This document shows, piece after piece, positions 53,001 through 64,000 of a DNA stretch of 64,000 nucleotides. The position numbers and the translations under genes were made by a program. The notes under the pieces are model-generated. The model saw only the letters and a program-made list of their open reading frames with translations, made no database searches and had not been told where the DNA came from. How positions within the stretch are numbered: position 1 is the stretch's first letter; each line of letters begins with the position of its first letter. The DNA comes from Eledone cirrhosa (taxonomy: Eukaryota): contig OZ024741.1 of NCBI GenBank assembly GCA_964016885.1, positions 231,322,001-231,386,000 on the forward strand, written 5' to 3'.

Positions 53001-55982
53001 CGCGTAGGTTAGGACCGGGTTACTGGAAGCTGAACACTACATTTCCGGCCCGTAAGGCTTACAGGGACCAGGTCAAGAATTTAGTTAAGCAAAAGTTGAC
53101 AGGGGGGATCATCAACAACAGATGGTGGGGGCTCTCAAAAGAGAGATTAGAGTAACTTCGATAGAGTTCAGCAAAGAACTAGCGTTAGAGAAAAATAGAA
53201 AGGAGGAGGAGCTGGTACATAAGTTAGACGAGGCTATTTGTAGTGGCATTGCAACTGACGTGCTAGCGGCGAGAATTGCATTAGACCATTTCTTTAACGC
53301 CAAACACGAAGGTTGCATTGTCAGAGCTAAGGAGCGTGCGCTGAAAAAACGAGGGAACTAAAGCTGGTCGATGGGCCCGCGTGGCGGAGTCGCAGCGTGG
53401 TAATAAAACCACAATTCGGTCTTTGGCGGACCGAGACGGACACGAGATAAACGATTCCAAGCGGATGTGTGAGGCGCTTCGCCAGCACTTTGCTCGGTTG
53501 TTCAGGGAGAGTGGCGAGTCAGAGAGAGTAGCGGATTTCAGGTCTACCTTGACGGCTTGCCGCGCATCTCGACGGTCGACGCTGAGCGCTGCGAAAGGGC
53601 GATTACTTCAGCCGAAATTCATGACGCCCTTGTCGGCTGCATGACGCGCAAGTCACCCGGTTTGGATGGCCTGCCCTACGAGCTTTACGTAAATATGCCA
53701 GACTTGTTCTCCGAACTCCTCGAAGCACTCTACTGCAACTGGCAGCAGAATGGGAGTATTCCCAGTTCTGTGAGCAGGGGAGTGGTGACACTGATAAGGA
53801 AAGACGAGAACAAGAGGGATACATTAGACAACTTCAAGCCCATAACTCTGCTCAACACAGAGTTTAAGATTTTGGCCAAGGTGTTAGCAAAGAGATTGGC
53901 GGTTGTCATCGAGGATTTGGTTGGGGAGGCGCAATCTTGCGCAATCCCAGCCAGGTCCATACACGACAATCTCCACCTCATGCGATACATCATAGAGAGG
54001 GTAGATTGTAAACCTGGCTTCGGTGGGGCACTGATTAATTTAGATCAATCGGAAGCATTCGATAGGGTCGACCATCGGTATCTGGAGTTTGTCCTCAAAG
54101 CGGCTGGCTTCGGCCTTGTCTTTAGAAGCTAGATCATTGCAATGCACAGCAGCACACGCTCGGTGGTCAAGGTTAATGGCCACCTCTCGGAACCATTTCG
54201 GCTCTCCCGATCGGTCCGTCAAGGGTGCCCGCTCTCTTCCCTTCTGTACGTATTGACTCTCGAGCCTTTACTGCGGAAGCTGGAGCTGTTGCAGGGCTTC
54301 CCGCTCGAACCGGGACGTGGAAAGGCGGTGTCGGCTTATGGGGACGACATCACCGTGATGGTGTCGAACACCTCAGAAATCGAGTTGGTCGGCGCCTTAC
54401 TGAAGGAATATGAAAGGTTGACAGGAGCCGAACTTAACCCGGAAAAGTCGGTGGGCTTGCAGCTCGGAACCTGGAGAGGCAGGCCCATGCCGTCCAACAG
54501 CGTCGTGGGGCACTGGACGGACGGACCGGTAAAGTTGCTCGGGGTTTGGTTCGGACCAGACCTCCAGGTGGAAAAGAATTGGAACGAGGTAACGAGCAGA
54601 GTAGCCAGTCTCACCCAAAAATGGGCTGGGAAGAAGCTATCACTGAAAGGTCGCGCGTAGGTGGCCAATGCGTACATCGCGTCCGTCATCTACTACCGCC
54701 TGACCGTCGTGCCTTGCCCCCGTCCGCGCTCCGTCAAGCTGGAACGGCTCCTCTTCAAATTCTTTTGGAGGGGACAAGTTCCGTTCGTGAGGCGGTCCAT
54801 CTTCTGCCAGCACCCTCTACGCGGAGGGCTGGGCATGCCGTGGCTAATGATGCGCAGACATGCGTTGAGGCTGTGACATATCCAGATATTCTGCCTCAAC
54901 GGTGAACAGGTGTGGTCGCCGTTTATCAGACGGGCCTTTCCGCAGCTCATTTCTTTGACTGAGCTGCAGTCCTGGGTCAAGAAGAGACCGAGACTGGGTG
55001 ACTGGCACCTGGAATGTTGCCAGGCACTCACTGCCCTCTGCCAAGCGGGCAATGCGATCAGTGGAACTTCCACTCTCGAGTTCTATAGAGGATTAGTGGT
55101 GGGTAAGTGCGATGACGCACTCGGAGAAGCTTTGGGCCTCGACGAAGTCGAATTGACCAGTCTGTACCGGAGGACTTTTGAGCCGGGGACGATGGACAAT
55201 TTCCAGAAATCCCTCGCTTGGCAGTGCTACCGGGCGGTACTGCCGGTTCTGGATAAACTCTACAGGCACGGAAGTGCTGTCAGACGGACCTGCTCAAGAT
55301 GCGCACAGAACGACGAAACCGTTCTGCACGCACTTGTCCAATGTCCGTGCATTACTGACTTGTGGAGTTATGTCGAACAGCTACTGTCGCGTGAGGAACG
55401 AATCCGGCTATCGGTCGAGTCCATAGTGAAGATCGATCCCCCGCCTTCCTTAGGTCAGGAAGAGCAGGAAATTTTCCTCTGTCTGTTGGCAGTTGTGAAA
55501 GAGATTATATGGTGGACTAGGTTGAAAGGACTAAAGACAGACACTTTTCTCTTCGGCCAATCCCTCATCAACTTCTTCAAGTTTCACCTGGAAAGGAAGG
55601 TGAGGGTGGAGAGAGAAGTGCTGCCCCCCAGTACATTTGCTAAAAGGTGGGTGAATGTGGCGAGAATGGGCCTATAGGCTAGCTAACTTGAGGAGAGGGG
55701 TGCTCTCCCTGGGTGCCCTAGAAGCGCAGGGTGGTTCAGGATTGGTGGGGTACCTGAAGCACCCAGGGTCGTACGCCCCCTATCGGGGAATTTATTTTGT
55801 TATATGTATGTATAGTTTATTTTATATTTTTATATTTTCATTGTTAAATTAGTCTTGCCATTGTGCACTTTTACTCGACCTTATTGTAAACCCCACTGTC
55901 CCTGTCTTTGTATTGTCCCCTACATGTCGGCCCTTGTGGCTAATAAATGAAATCATTATTATTATTATTATTATTATTATTA
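50060..55982 (+). mobile_element. Full-length degenerate Tx1/L1 LINE, copy 1
   Basis: ORF1 50289-52276 (knuckle CFVCGEATHLQAFC). ORF2 52286-55677 with APE (GSLNVRG, SDHK, GYWKLN), RT (KSPGLDGLP, PITLLN, RQGCPLS, AYGDDI) and a CCHC finger; several stops and frameshifts; (ATT)n at both ends. Confidence 0.93.
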
Positions 55983-58900
55983 CAAGCCCTTGGACTTTGC
56001 CCTATGAAGGGGAAAGAATAATATTTGGGCCTTTTGGCCCAAATATTTGAACTCTTTTACATATTAAAAAATTATCGAAAAATAAAAGTGGTTCAGCCAC
56101 GCCATCCAGCGTTGTGTATGCTGTTGTGCGACAACGAGGTAAAGGTTGAGAGGAGCGCCACGGCGAAATTAAGAGAACTTGATACAACAAACACCACCCC
56201 AAACAACGTGAACAAAGACAGCAATGAGAACAGCACTGGGAACTCTAATTTTGAAAAAAAATGACAGTAACAGCGACATAGAAAATACAGATTACAGAAA
56301 AAATGACAAATGCAACAACAATATCAAAACCACTAACATGAAAACAAATAGCGACAACACCAACAGCAACGACAACACCAACTGAACCGAGAACAACGGC
56401 GGCACCAAAGACAACAATGATAACAGCGACAGTGATAACAACGACACCAACAAGAACAACGATAATAACAACAAGAACCCCAACGTTGGCTGCGGCAGCA
56501 GCCAAAAAGAGGCCATGCTTCAACATGGACCTCTCGAACAAAGACGAAATGTTGGCCCAGGCCTGGAAGCTCATCAAGCAAGAGCAAACCTGGGCCAGCT
56601 TAACTGTCCCGGTATAGGCTATTGAAGCAGTGGAGCGCAGAACGGTGCATTATAGATGCATCTCAGCACAAACCAAAATGGCAGCTTTAATTCCACAAAC
56701 AGATGTCGAAGTCTCGCTGATGTGCATCAGATATGACACCGAATACATAGCGAGGAGCAGACAGTACGGCACCATTTGTGTACTGTTCAAGTCAGAAGCC
56801 CTCGCTATGAAACACGCTATGACTCCTTGCAAAACCAGCAAGGTCATAATGTACCCCTCCCACATGGGAAAAAAGAACGGCCCGTCTCCGCATTCCAAGA
56901 ATCCCACCAGTACTTGTGTGGTGATTTCTGGGATGCGTGATTGTGGAGGGGACGGATACGGTCGCGATAGAAGTGACAAGAACGGCTAGAGAAGACTGGT
57001 CCGGGGTTGACCTGGAGATACTTCTCCAGGTTAGACCGGAGAATGTGAAAACAATCTCGGACCACACCCGCCTTCAGAATGGGACGGTCATTCATATTAT
57101 AATCGAGAGCAAAAGGCCGCATTGTTTTGTTTGTGGGAAAAAACCCATTTGGGAGCCTTCTGCCCTCAACTGCTGAATATGCAAGGGGTCGAAGTGCTCC
57201 ATTGTGGCCGACGCCGGGGCGAGGTACACGACCAACACCAGCACCGGCAAAACCACCAACAACAACAACAACAATAGAAAGACCACCACCAACTTTGACC
57301 ACCCAGGGGTAAACGAGGAGAGTTGCAAAATCCCCCCCCCCCCAATACACATATCAATAAAAACATAAACACACCCACGGACACAGACCCCTCATCCACC
57401 AGTAGTGAAGATGAGGGAAAACCCAAATCCCCCAAAATACAAAAAAAGGTAACTCAAAAAGAAAAAAAAAAAATCAACAAAGCACAAAATCACCCGCAAT
57501 AAAAAAAAATGCAGACACCATCCACGCAAACATCTCTCCTATAACACCAACATCAACATCACCATCACCAGAATCCCCCAAATGCAAACAACCTAAACAG
57601 ACGCAAGAACAAATACACACACAAACATCGGTAACCACAGACACCGCACTCACAACAAACACACACAACCGAAACAACACCACCAAAACCATCACCGCCA
57701 CAGCCATGCAGACTGATAAAATCACGAAAACAAAACATACAAAACTTCGTGCTCGTCAGGAGCGCCAACAAGAGCTGATGGCCCTCGTATCTCAAAGTGA
57801 AATTATACAAAAAGAGGGGGAAATTTTTTAATCGAGCACATTTTGCGTGCCGGAAGATTTGTTTCTGGTCCGAATGTCGCTCGATTTATACAAAGAGATA
57901 CGAGACAGCTTTCCTCGGGACGTGGGAACCCCGAACGTAAAACCCACTTCAAAACTTTTAAAGGGGTTCCCAAAAGAAACCCCACCAACTTTGGAGGTCG
58001 AACCACCCGACCTTCGCAAAAGCCCGGAAGGTAAGTAATCCTTTCCTCTCTCTCTTTTAACCTGCCAACATGGCCGTATTAAGAGTAGAAAGTTTAAATG
58101 TTCGAGGTCTGGGATAGTCTTGGAAGCAGGGTCACCTGTTCAACGACCTCAGGTCTCTAGAAATGGATGTAATTGCCGTAAGCGAGACCAGGGTTTCCGA
58201 CACGCGCGCACTAGCCCCCATTTTCGACGATTATCTGATCTTTGCATCTGTTAGTCGGCCGGGAATAGGACGTGGGGTGGCAGTGTTGTTTAGGAAAGGC
58301 CTGGATCTCGAGTTAAGGTCGATCTTCCGGGACCCGGACGGGAAGTTGGTGGTCCTGGACGTGAACTATAACGAAGGTGGTGCCTTTCGACTGGTGGCCG
58401 TCTACACCCCTACTGGGGCAGGATGGCCGGACTTCTTTAGACACCTGGAAGCCTTTCTGGGTACGTCTCACCCTTTACTGTTAGCAGGGGACGGGATCGG
58501 CATCTTAGGCGCACGCTGGGACTGTGTGGGAGTATCCGATAGGAGCGGGTGGGTGGGGTGCAAAAGCCTCAAGAACCTGATCAGCCAGTTCCAACTGTCT
58601 GACAGGTACCGACTAGATTTCCCTAATGCACCAGTGTGGATCTGGACTAACCGCATAGGGTCATCTATATCGTATATAGACAGGATATTCATTAGGAAAA
58701 TAGACAGAAATAGTGTAAGCTGTTCACGTTTTAAAACGGTCTCCTATTTAGATCACAAGTTTGTGATCTGTATGGTCGACCTAGATAAGACGCGTAGGTT
58801 AGGACCTGGTTACTTGAAGCTGAACATGTCATTTCCGGCACGTAAGGCTTACAGGGGCCGGGTCAATTTAGTTAAGAAAAAGTTGACAGGGGGAGTCGTC

Positions 58901-61735
58901 AACAATAGATGATGGGGTGGGGTGGTGGGGGCTCTCAAAAGAGAGATTAGGGCAATGTCGATAGAATTTAGCAAAGAAGTAGCGTTAGACAAAAATAGAA
59001 AGGAGGAGGAGTTGGTAGATAAGTTAGACGAGGCTATTTGTAGTGGCTTTGCAACTAATGTGCTAGTGGCGACAATGGCATTAGACCATTTCTTCAATGC
59101 AAAACACGAAGGTTGCATTGTCAGAGCTAAGGGGCGTGCTCTGAGAAACGAGGGAACCAAAGCTGATCGATGGGCCCTCGTGGTAGAGGCGCAGAGTGGT
59201 AATAAAACTACAATTCGGTCTTTGACGGACGGAGATGGACACGAGCTGAGCTATTCCAAGCGGAAGTGTGAGGCCTTTCGCCAACATTTTGCTATGTTGT
59301 TTGGGGGAAGTGGCCATTCAGAGGCGGTGGCGGACTTCAGTCCCTACATCGATGGCTTGCCGCAACTCTCGCCGGCCGACTCTGGGCGCTGCGAAAGGCC
59401 GATTACTTCAGCCGACATTCAGGATGCCCTTGTCGTCTGCATGAGGCACAAGTCACCTGGTTTGGTTGGTCTGCCCTACGAGCTTTACTTAAATATTCCA
59501 GGCTTGTTCTCCAATCTCCTCGAAACGCTCTATTGCAACTGGCAATATGAGCCCGGGCGTAGTGACGCTGATAAGGAAAAACGAGAACAAGAGGGACACA
59601 TTAGACAATTTCAGGCCCATAATTCTGCTCTAAAACAGAGTCTAAGATTTTAGCCAGGGTGTTAGCGAAGAAGTTGGCGCTTCTCTTCGGGGATTTGGTT
59701 GGGCAGGCGCAAACTTGCGCAATCCTAACCAAGTCCATAGAGAACAACCACCACCTGATGCGATACATCATAGAGAGGGTAGGGTGTAAAGCTGGCATCA
59801 GTCGGGCTCTGATCAATTTAGATCAATCGAAAGCATTCGATAGGGTCGACCATCAGTACCTGGATGCTGTCCTCAAGGCGGCTGGCATCGGCCCCGTCTT
59901 CAGAAGTTGGATCACTGCAATGCACAGCGGCACCTGCTCGGTGATCAAAATTAATAGCCACCTCTCGGAACCGTTTCAGGTCTCACGATCGGTCCGCCAA
60001 GGGTGCCCTCTCTCCTCCCTTCTGTAGGTATTGACCATCGAGCCTTTACTGTGGAAGCTGGAGCTGTTGCAGGGCATACCGCTCGAACCGGGACGCGGAA
60101 AGGCTGTGTCGGCTTATGCGGACATCACCGTGAGGGTGTCGGACACCACAGAAATCGAGGTGGTCGGCAACTTATTGGAGGAAGATGAAAGGGTGACGGG
60201 AGCAAAACTTAACCCGGGAATGTCCGTGGGCTTGCAACTCGGCACCTGGAAAGGCAAGTCCATGCCGTCCAACAGCGTCGTTAGGCACTGAACGGACGGA
60301 CCGGTAAAGTTGCTCGGGGTTTGGTTCGGGCCAGAACTCCAGGTGGATAAGAATTGGGACGAGGTGACGGGTAGGGTAGCCATTTTCACTCAGAAACGGG
60401 CTGCGAGAAAGCTATCACTGAAAGGTCGGGCGGAGGGGGTGAACGCGTACATCGCGTCCGTCATCTACTACCGTCTGACCGTCGTCCCTTGACCCCGTTA
60501 ACGCCTTATCTTGGAGGTTATCTTGGAGGGGCTCCCCTTCAAATTCTTGTGAAGTGTTCAGGTTCCGCTGGCGAGGTGGTCCATCTGCTGCCAGCACCTT
60601 CTACGTGGAGGGCTGAGCATGCCGTGGCTAATGATGCGCAGACACGGGCCGAGGCTGCGGCATCTCCAGATATTCTGCCTAAACGGTGAACAGGTGTGCT
60701 CGCCGTTTGTCAGACGGGCCTTTCCGCAGCTCGTCTCTTTGACTGAGCTGCAGTCCTGGGTCAAGAAGAGACGAACACTGGGTGACTGGCATCTGGAATG
60801 TTGCCAGAAACTCACTGCCCTCTACCAGGCGGGTAATGCGGTCAGGGAACTTCCACTCTCGAGTTCTATAGAGGATTAGTGGTGGGAATGTGCGACGACG
60901 CACTCGGAGAGGCTCTGAGATTCGACGAAGTCGAACTAACCAGTCTGTTCCGGCGGACTTTCGAGCCGGTGACGATGGATAATTTCCAAAAATCCCTCGC
61001 TTGGCAGTGCTACCGAGGGGCACTGCCGGTTCGGGATAAACTCTACAGGCAGGGAAGTGCTGTCATACGGACCTGCCCGAGATGTGCTCAGAGCGACTAA
61101 ACCGTTCTGCACGCACTCGTCCAGTGTCCGTGCATTACTGACTTGTGGGGCTATGTCGAACAGCTGTTGTCTCGTGTAGAACGGATCCGGCTATCGGCCG
61201 AGTCCATAGTGAAGATCAACCCGCCGCCTTCTTTTGGCTGGGAAGGGCAGGAAAGTTTCCTCTGTTTGATGGCTGTAGCGGAAGGGGTTGTATGGTGGAC
61301 GAGGTGAAATGATGAAGACAGACACATTTCTCTTTGGCCAATCCCTCATCAAATTTTTCAAGTTTCACTTGGAAAGGAAGGTGAGGGTGGAGAGAGAAGT
61401 GCTGCCCCCCTGTACATTTGCTGAAAGGTGGGTGAATGTTGCGAGAATGGCCCGTTTGAGTGTGCCTGGTCATGCGCCTGTAGGTGGGTAAATTTGAGGA
61501 GGAGAGGGGTGCCTTTCCAGGGAGCTCTCGAAGCGTCGGGTCGTTCATAATTGGTGGGGTACCTGAGCGAACCCTGGGTGGTCATCCCCCCTATTGGGGA
61601 ATTTTTCTTGTTGTATTTTTCTTGTTACTTTGTTATTGTTATTCATATTGTTTACTCGATTTTTCTGGAAAACCCCAATGTCCCAGTCTTTTGTATTGTC
61701 CTCTATATGTCGGCCCTTGTGGCCAATAAATGCAC
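55983..61735 (+). mobile_element. Full-length degenerate Tx1/L1 LINE, copy 2, in tandem with copy 1
   Basis: Collinear ORF1 (~56050-58038) and ORF2 (58069-~61480) remnants; 3' end CGGCCCTTGTGGCCAATAAA. Confidence 0.92.
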
Positions 61736-61739
61736 AGAG

Positions 61740-62068
61740 AAGAAGACAAAAACAAATAAATAAATAAACAGATAAAATAAAAATGGTGTAGACATACAAT
61801 ACAATACATACAACAGGAGGAAACTAATAGTACCACTGATGATGTTGAGATGTGCAATAAAAGAACATTGTTAGACTATATATATGTGTTTAGATCTATA
61901 TTATATCGGTATTTTTGACCGTTGGTCAGTCAATGGAAAACATTGAGGACCGAATCTATTATCTGTGGAGATATAAAAGATACAGAAGCGAAAACCACTC
62001 AAACAGTGAGTGTGTTCTGTTATTATTTCTGGCAATATTATTACAACAATATGACCCTCCCCAAGTAT

Positions 62069-62075
<7 letters not shown>
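61740..62075 (+). mobile_element. Old PLE 3'-end remnant resembling 7200-7550
   Basis: CTGATGA-tgttg...caat-AAAA-gaac relic HHR at ~61836-61870; terminal ATGACCCTCCCCAAGTATAATAATA resembles 7518-7542. Confidence 0.45.
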
Positions 62076-62114
<39 letters not shown>

Positions 62115-62119
62115 TTATA

Positions 62120-63445
62120 TATAAGAGAGTATTGAAGTTTGCTTGAAGCATTGTGGAATAATAAGGTACATTTCTTCAAGTCGTTTGGAAGCCTCGACAA
62201 TACAGATGGGTAAATCTCCGGGTAACAAGATCCGGTGGTGTAGAGAGAGATGTAAGTGGGTGTACGTTGAGATGCGTGGCGTGTATAAGACTGTAACGTG
62301 TAGAGGAATGAAGGAAAGAGCGTAAAGGATAAAAATAAAAATAACAACACGAGAAAGTGTTACCTTGGGAGAGATTTAATTGTCCCTATATATTTCGGAT
62401 TCACATCCATCAAGTGGAGTTTTTTTCCGGGGTGGTGAAACGTCTGTCGGAAAGGTGCGAAACGTGTCCTCCGCTGTTGGTTGTTTTGAATATCTGAGGT
62501 ATTCAGCAGAGCGCGCGTGCGCGTGAAATGTGGTCGGTCAGGCAGAGGCCAGCGGCCGAAGTAGTTCTTTCAATTGTGGGAGTGTGGTGGAGCTAGCTGT
62601 CAGTCCATTCTCTGCCTGTTTGGTGAATGTTATTGAGTGTGTGTGTGGGCGTGGGTTATTGTCTCGCTTGAGTGTGTGTGTGTGTGCGTGTATTAGTGCC
62701 TTGTTCCTCTGTATTGGCAGTTTAGTATGTTCGTATGGTGGAATGCTACTGTGTGTGTGTGCGTGTGTTGCTGTCTCGCTTGTGTGTGTGTGTGTGTGTG
62801 TGCGTGTGTTGCTGCATCGTTTGTTAACTTAAACCAACCACCTCATTTCGCTTCTCTCGGATCGGTTGTTTAATTGTGGCCCTAGGCGTTTGATCCAAAG
62901 TGCTTCCTTGATACGTAACGTGCTGACGTTTCTTTCTGTCACTACAATTGTGACAATGAGCCTTCCGACTTTATTTCCGCATTTGTTTATGTGTTTCAGG
63001 AAAGACGAGGCCCTGGTTTTAGTGTGTTCCTTGATCCGGATGTGCAATGGCCGGCTTGTGCTACCTATATAGCATTGGTTGCTCTTGTTACATTCTATCT
63101 TATATACGACGTATGTGCGTAGGCAACAGTTCGCATGGCGCATCGGGCAGTCTCTGAGGGAGCACGCGTCAGTTGATTTCGCGGGTTTCCTGGAGAGGCA
63201 TCTTCGCAGGGAGGGGCCCGATTTGGCCAGGTGGATATCGAGGCCCTCCCTCCGTATAGCCTTGCGGATAGCGTTGGTAGTATTCTCGCCCAGGTGTGGC
63301 ATTTTAAGGAAGCACTTGCCTCTGTCTCTTGTGTCTGGTGTCTCCTGCTCTGTCTGTGAGCGAGGTAGGGTACCCGTTCATCTCCAGCACGTCGAGGAAT
63401 CGCTTGGTATGACTGACACCACTCGCAGGATCGCTGCATCTGTAA
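62120..63445 (-). mobile_element. 5'-truncated PLE of the 8680-13300 family
   Basis: GIY-YIG ORF 62829-63302 is nearly identical to 9392-9973; same 3' UTR and pLTR. Confidence 0.92.
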
Positions 63446-63602
63446 TTATATATATAAAATTGATCGTTTTAACACTTTGTATCTCAGCTCTGTAAAACAT
63501 TTGAAAACTTGCATTGAGCCTTTTGTCAAACCGGTAACTGGCTAGTACTCAGTACTACCCTACATATTTATATCAAATATATGTAAATATAAATATTCTT
63601 AT

Positions 63603-63677
<75 letters not shown>

Positions 63678-63734
63678 TATATATATATATATATATATAC
63701 ACATGTATATATATATATATATATTTATATATAT

Positions 63735-64000
63735 TTATTAAAATAACAGATTAAAGTTTAAGCACATAATCGCTGCTTTCACCCTTAACGGGATCTTCTG
63801 AAACTAACAAAGTCAATCGGTAACGCAGAACTGGATATTTCAAAAACCGTTGCAACCGGAGGAAGACAGGAAGGCGATACTTTGGTTCGTGGTTTTAGGT
63901 ATGTTTTCCTGCTTTGTACTGGTATGTTCTTTGTAGAAATATTCAGATGTTGTTTCTGCATGATGAAACTCCTTCGGTTGAGCACTTTACTGACTTATAT
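63735..64000 (-). mobile_element. PLE 3' end (GIY-YIG tail plus terminal repeat), continuing off the right edge
   Basis: LNRRS.FI.....H tail; terminal repeat matches 23780-23950. Confidence 0.75.
63755..63805 (-). ncRNA. Type I hammerhead variant with U4A core
   Basis: AGTTT-CAGAAGA-t CCC gttaa GGG t-GAAA-GCA gcgattatg TGC-TT-AAACT; all three stems pair. Confidence 0.7.

Overview
This is AT-rich eukaryotic (invertebrate) genomic DNA. The SINE core and transposon mix suggest an octopod cephalopod, which is my inference and not a database result. The only host-gene signal is two phase-1 EGF-repeat exons on the + strand (30040-30171 and 33238-33372; MEGF10/11-like or EGF-rich receptor), so most of the window is probably intronic. 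The rest is mostly decayed mobile DNA. It contains a Helitron (1-2947), several Penelope-like element (PLE) lineages and non-coding derivatives set in (TA)n tracts (3-30 kb and 62-64 kb), and RTE and CR1/L2 fragments. It also contains tRNA-derived Deu/Nin-type SINEs, a truncated Gypsy LTR element, and a 34-62 kb stack of Tx1/L1 and R4/Dong LINEs joined by (ATT/TAA)n tracts. The ORF track misses the main signal: more than 20 hammerhead-ribozyme (HHR) or HHR-like motifs from about 7 families. These include a non-coding ~435-bp tandem repeat with one HHR per unit (retrozyme-like), non-canonical core variants (CAGAAGA, CAGTTGA), and a motif with the HHR strands in reversed order. In the retrozyme-like family, every copy on the host-gene sense strand has a damaged core and every antisense copy is intact. 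All folds were read by eye. Element boundaries are approximate (about +/-20-50 bp) unless exact motifs are quoted.
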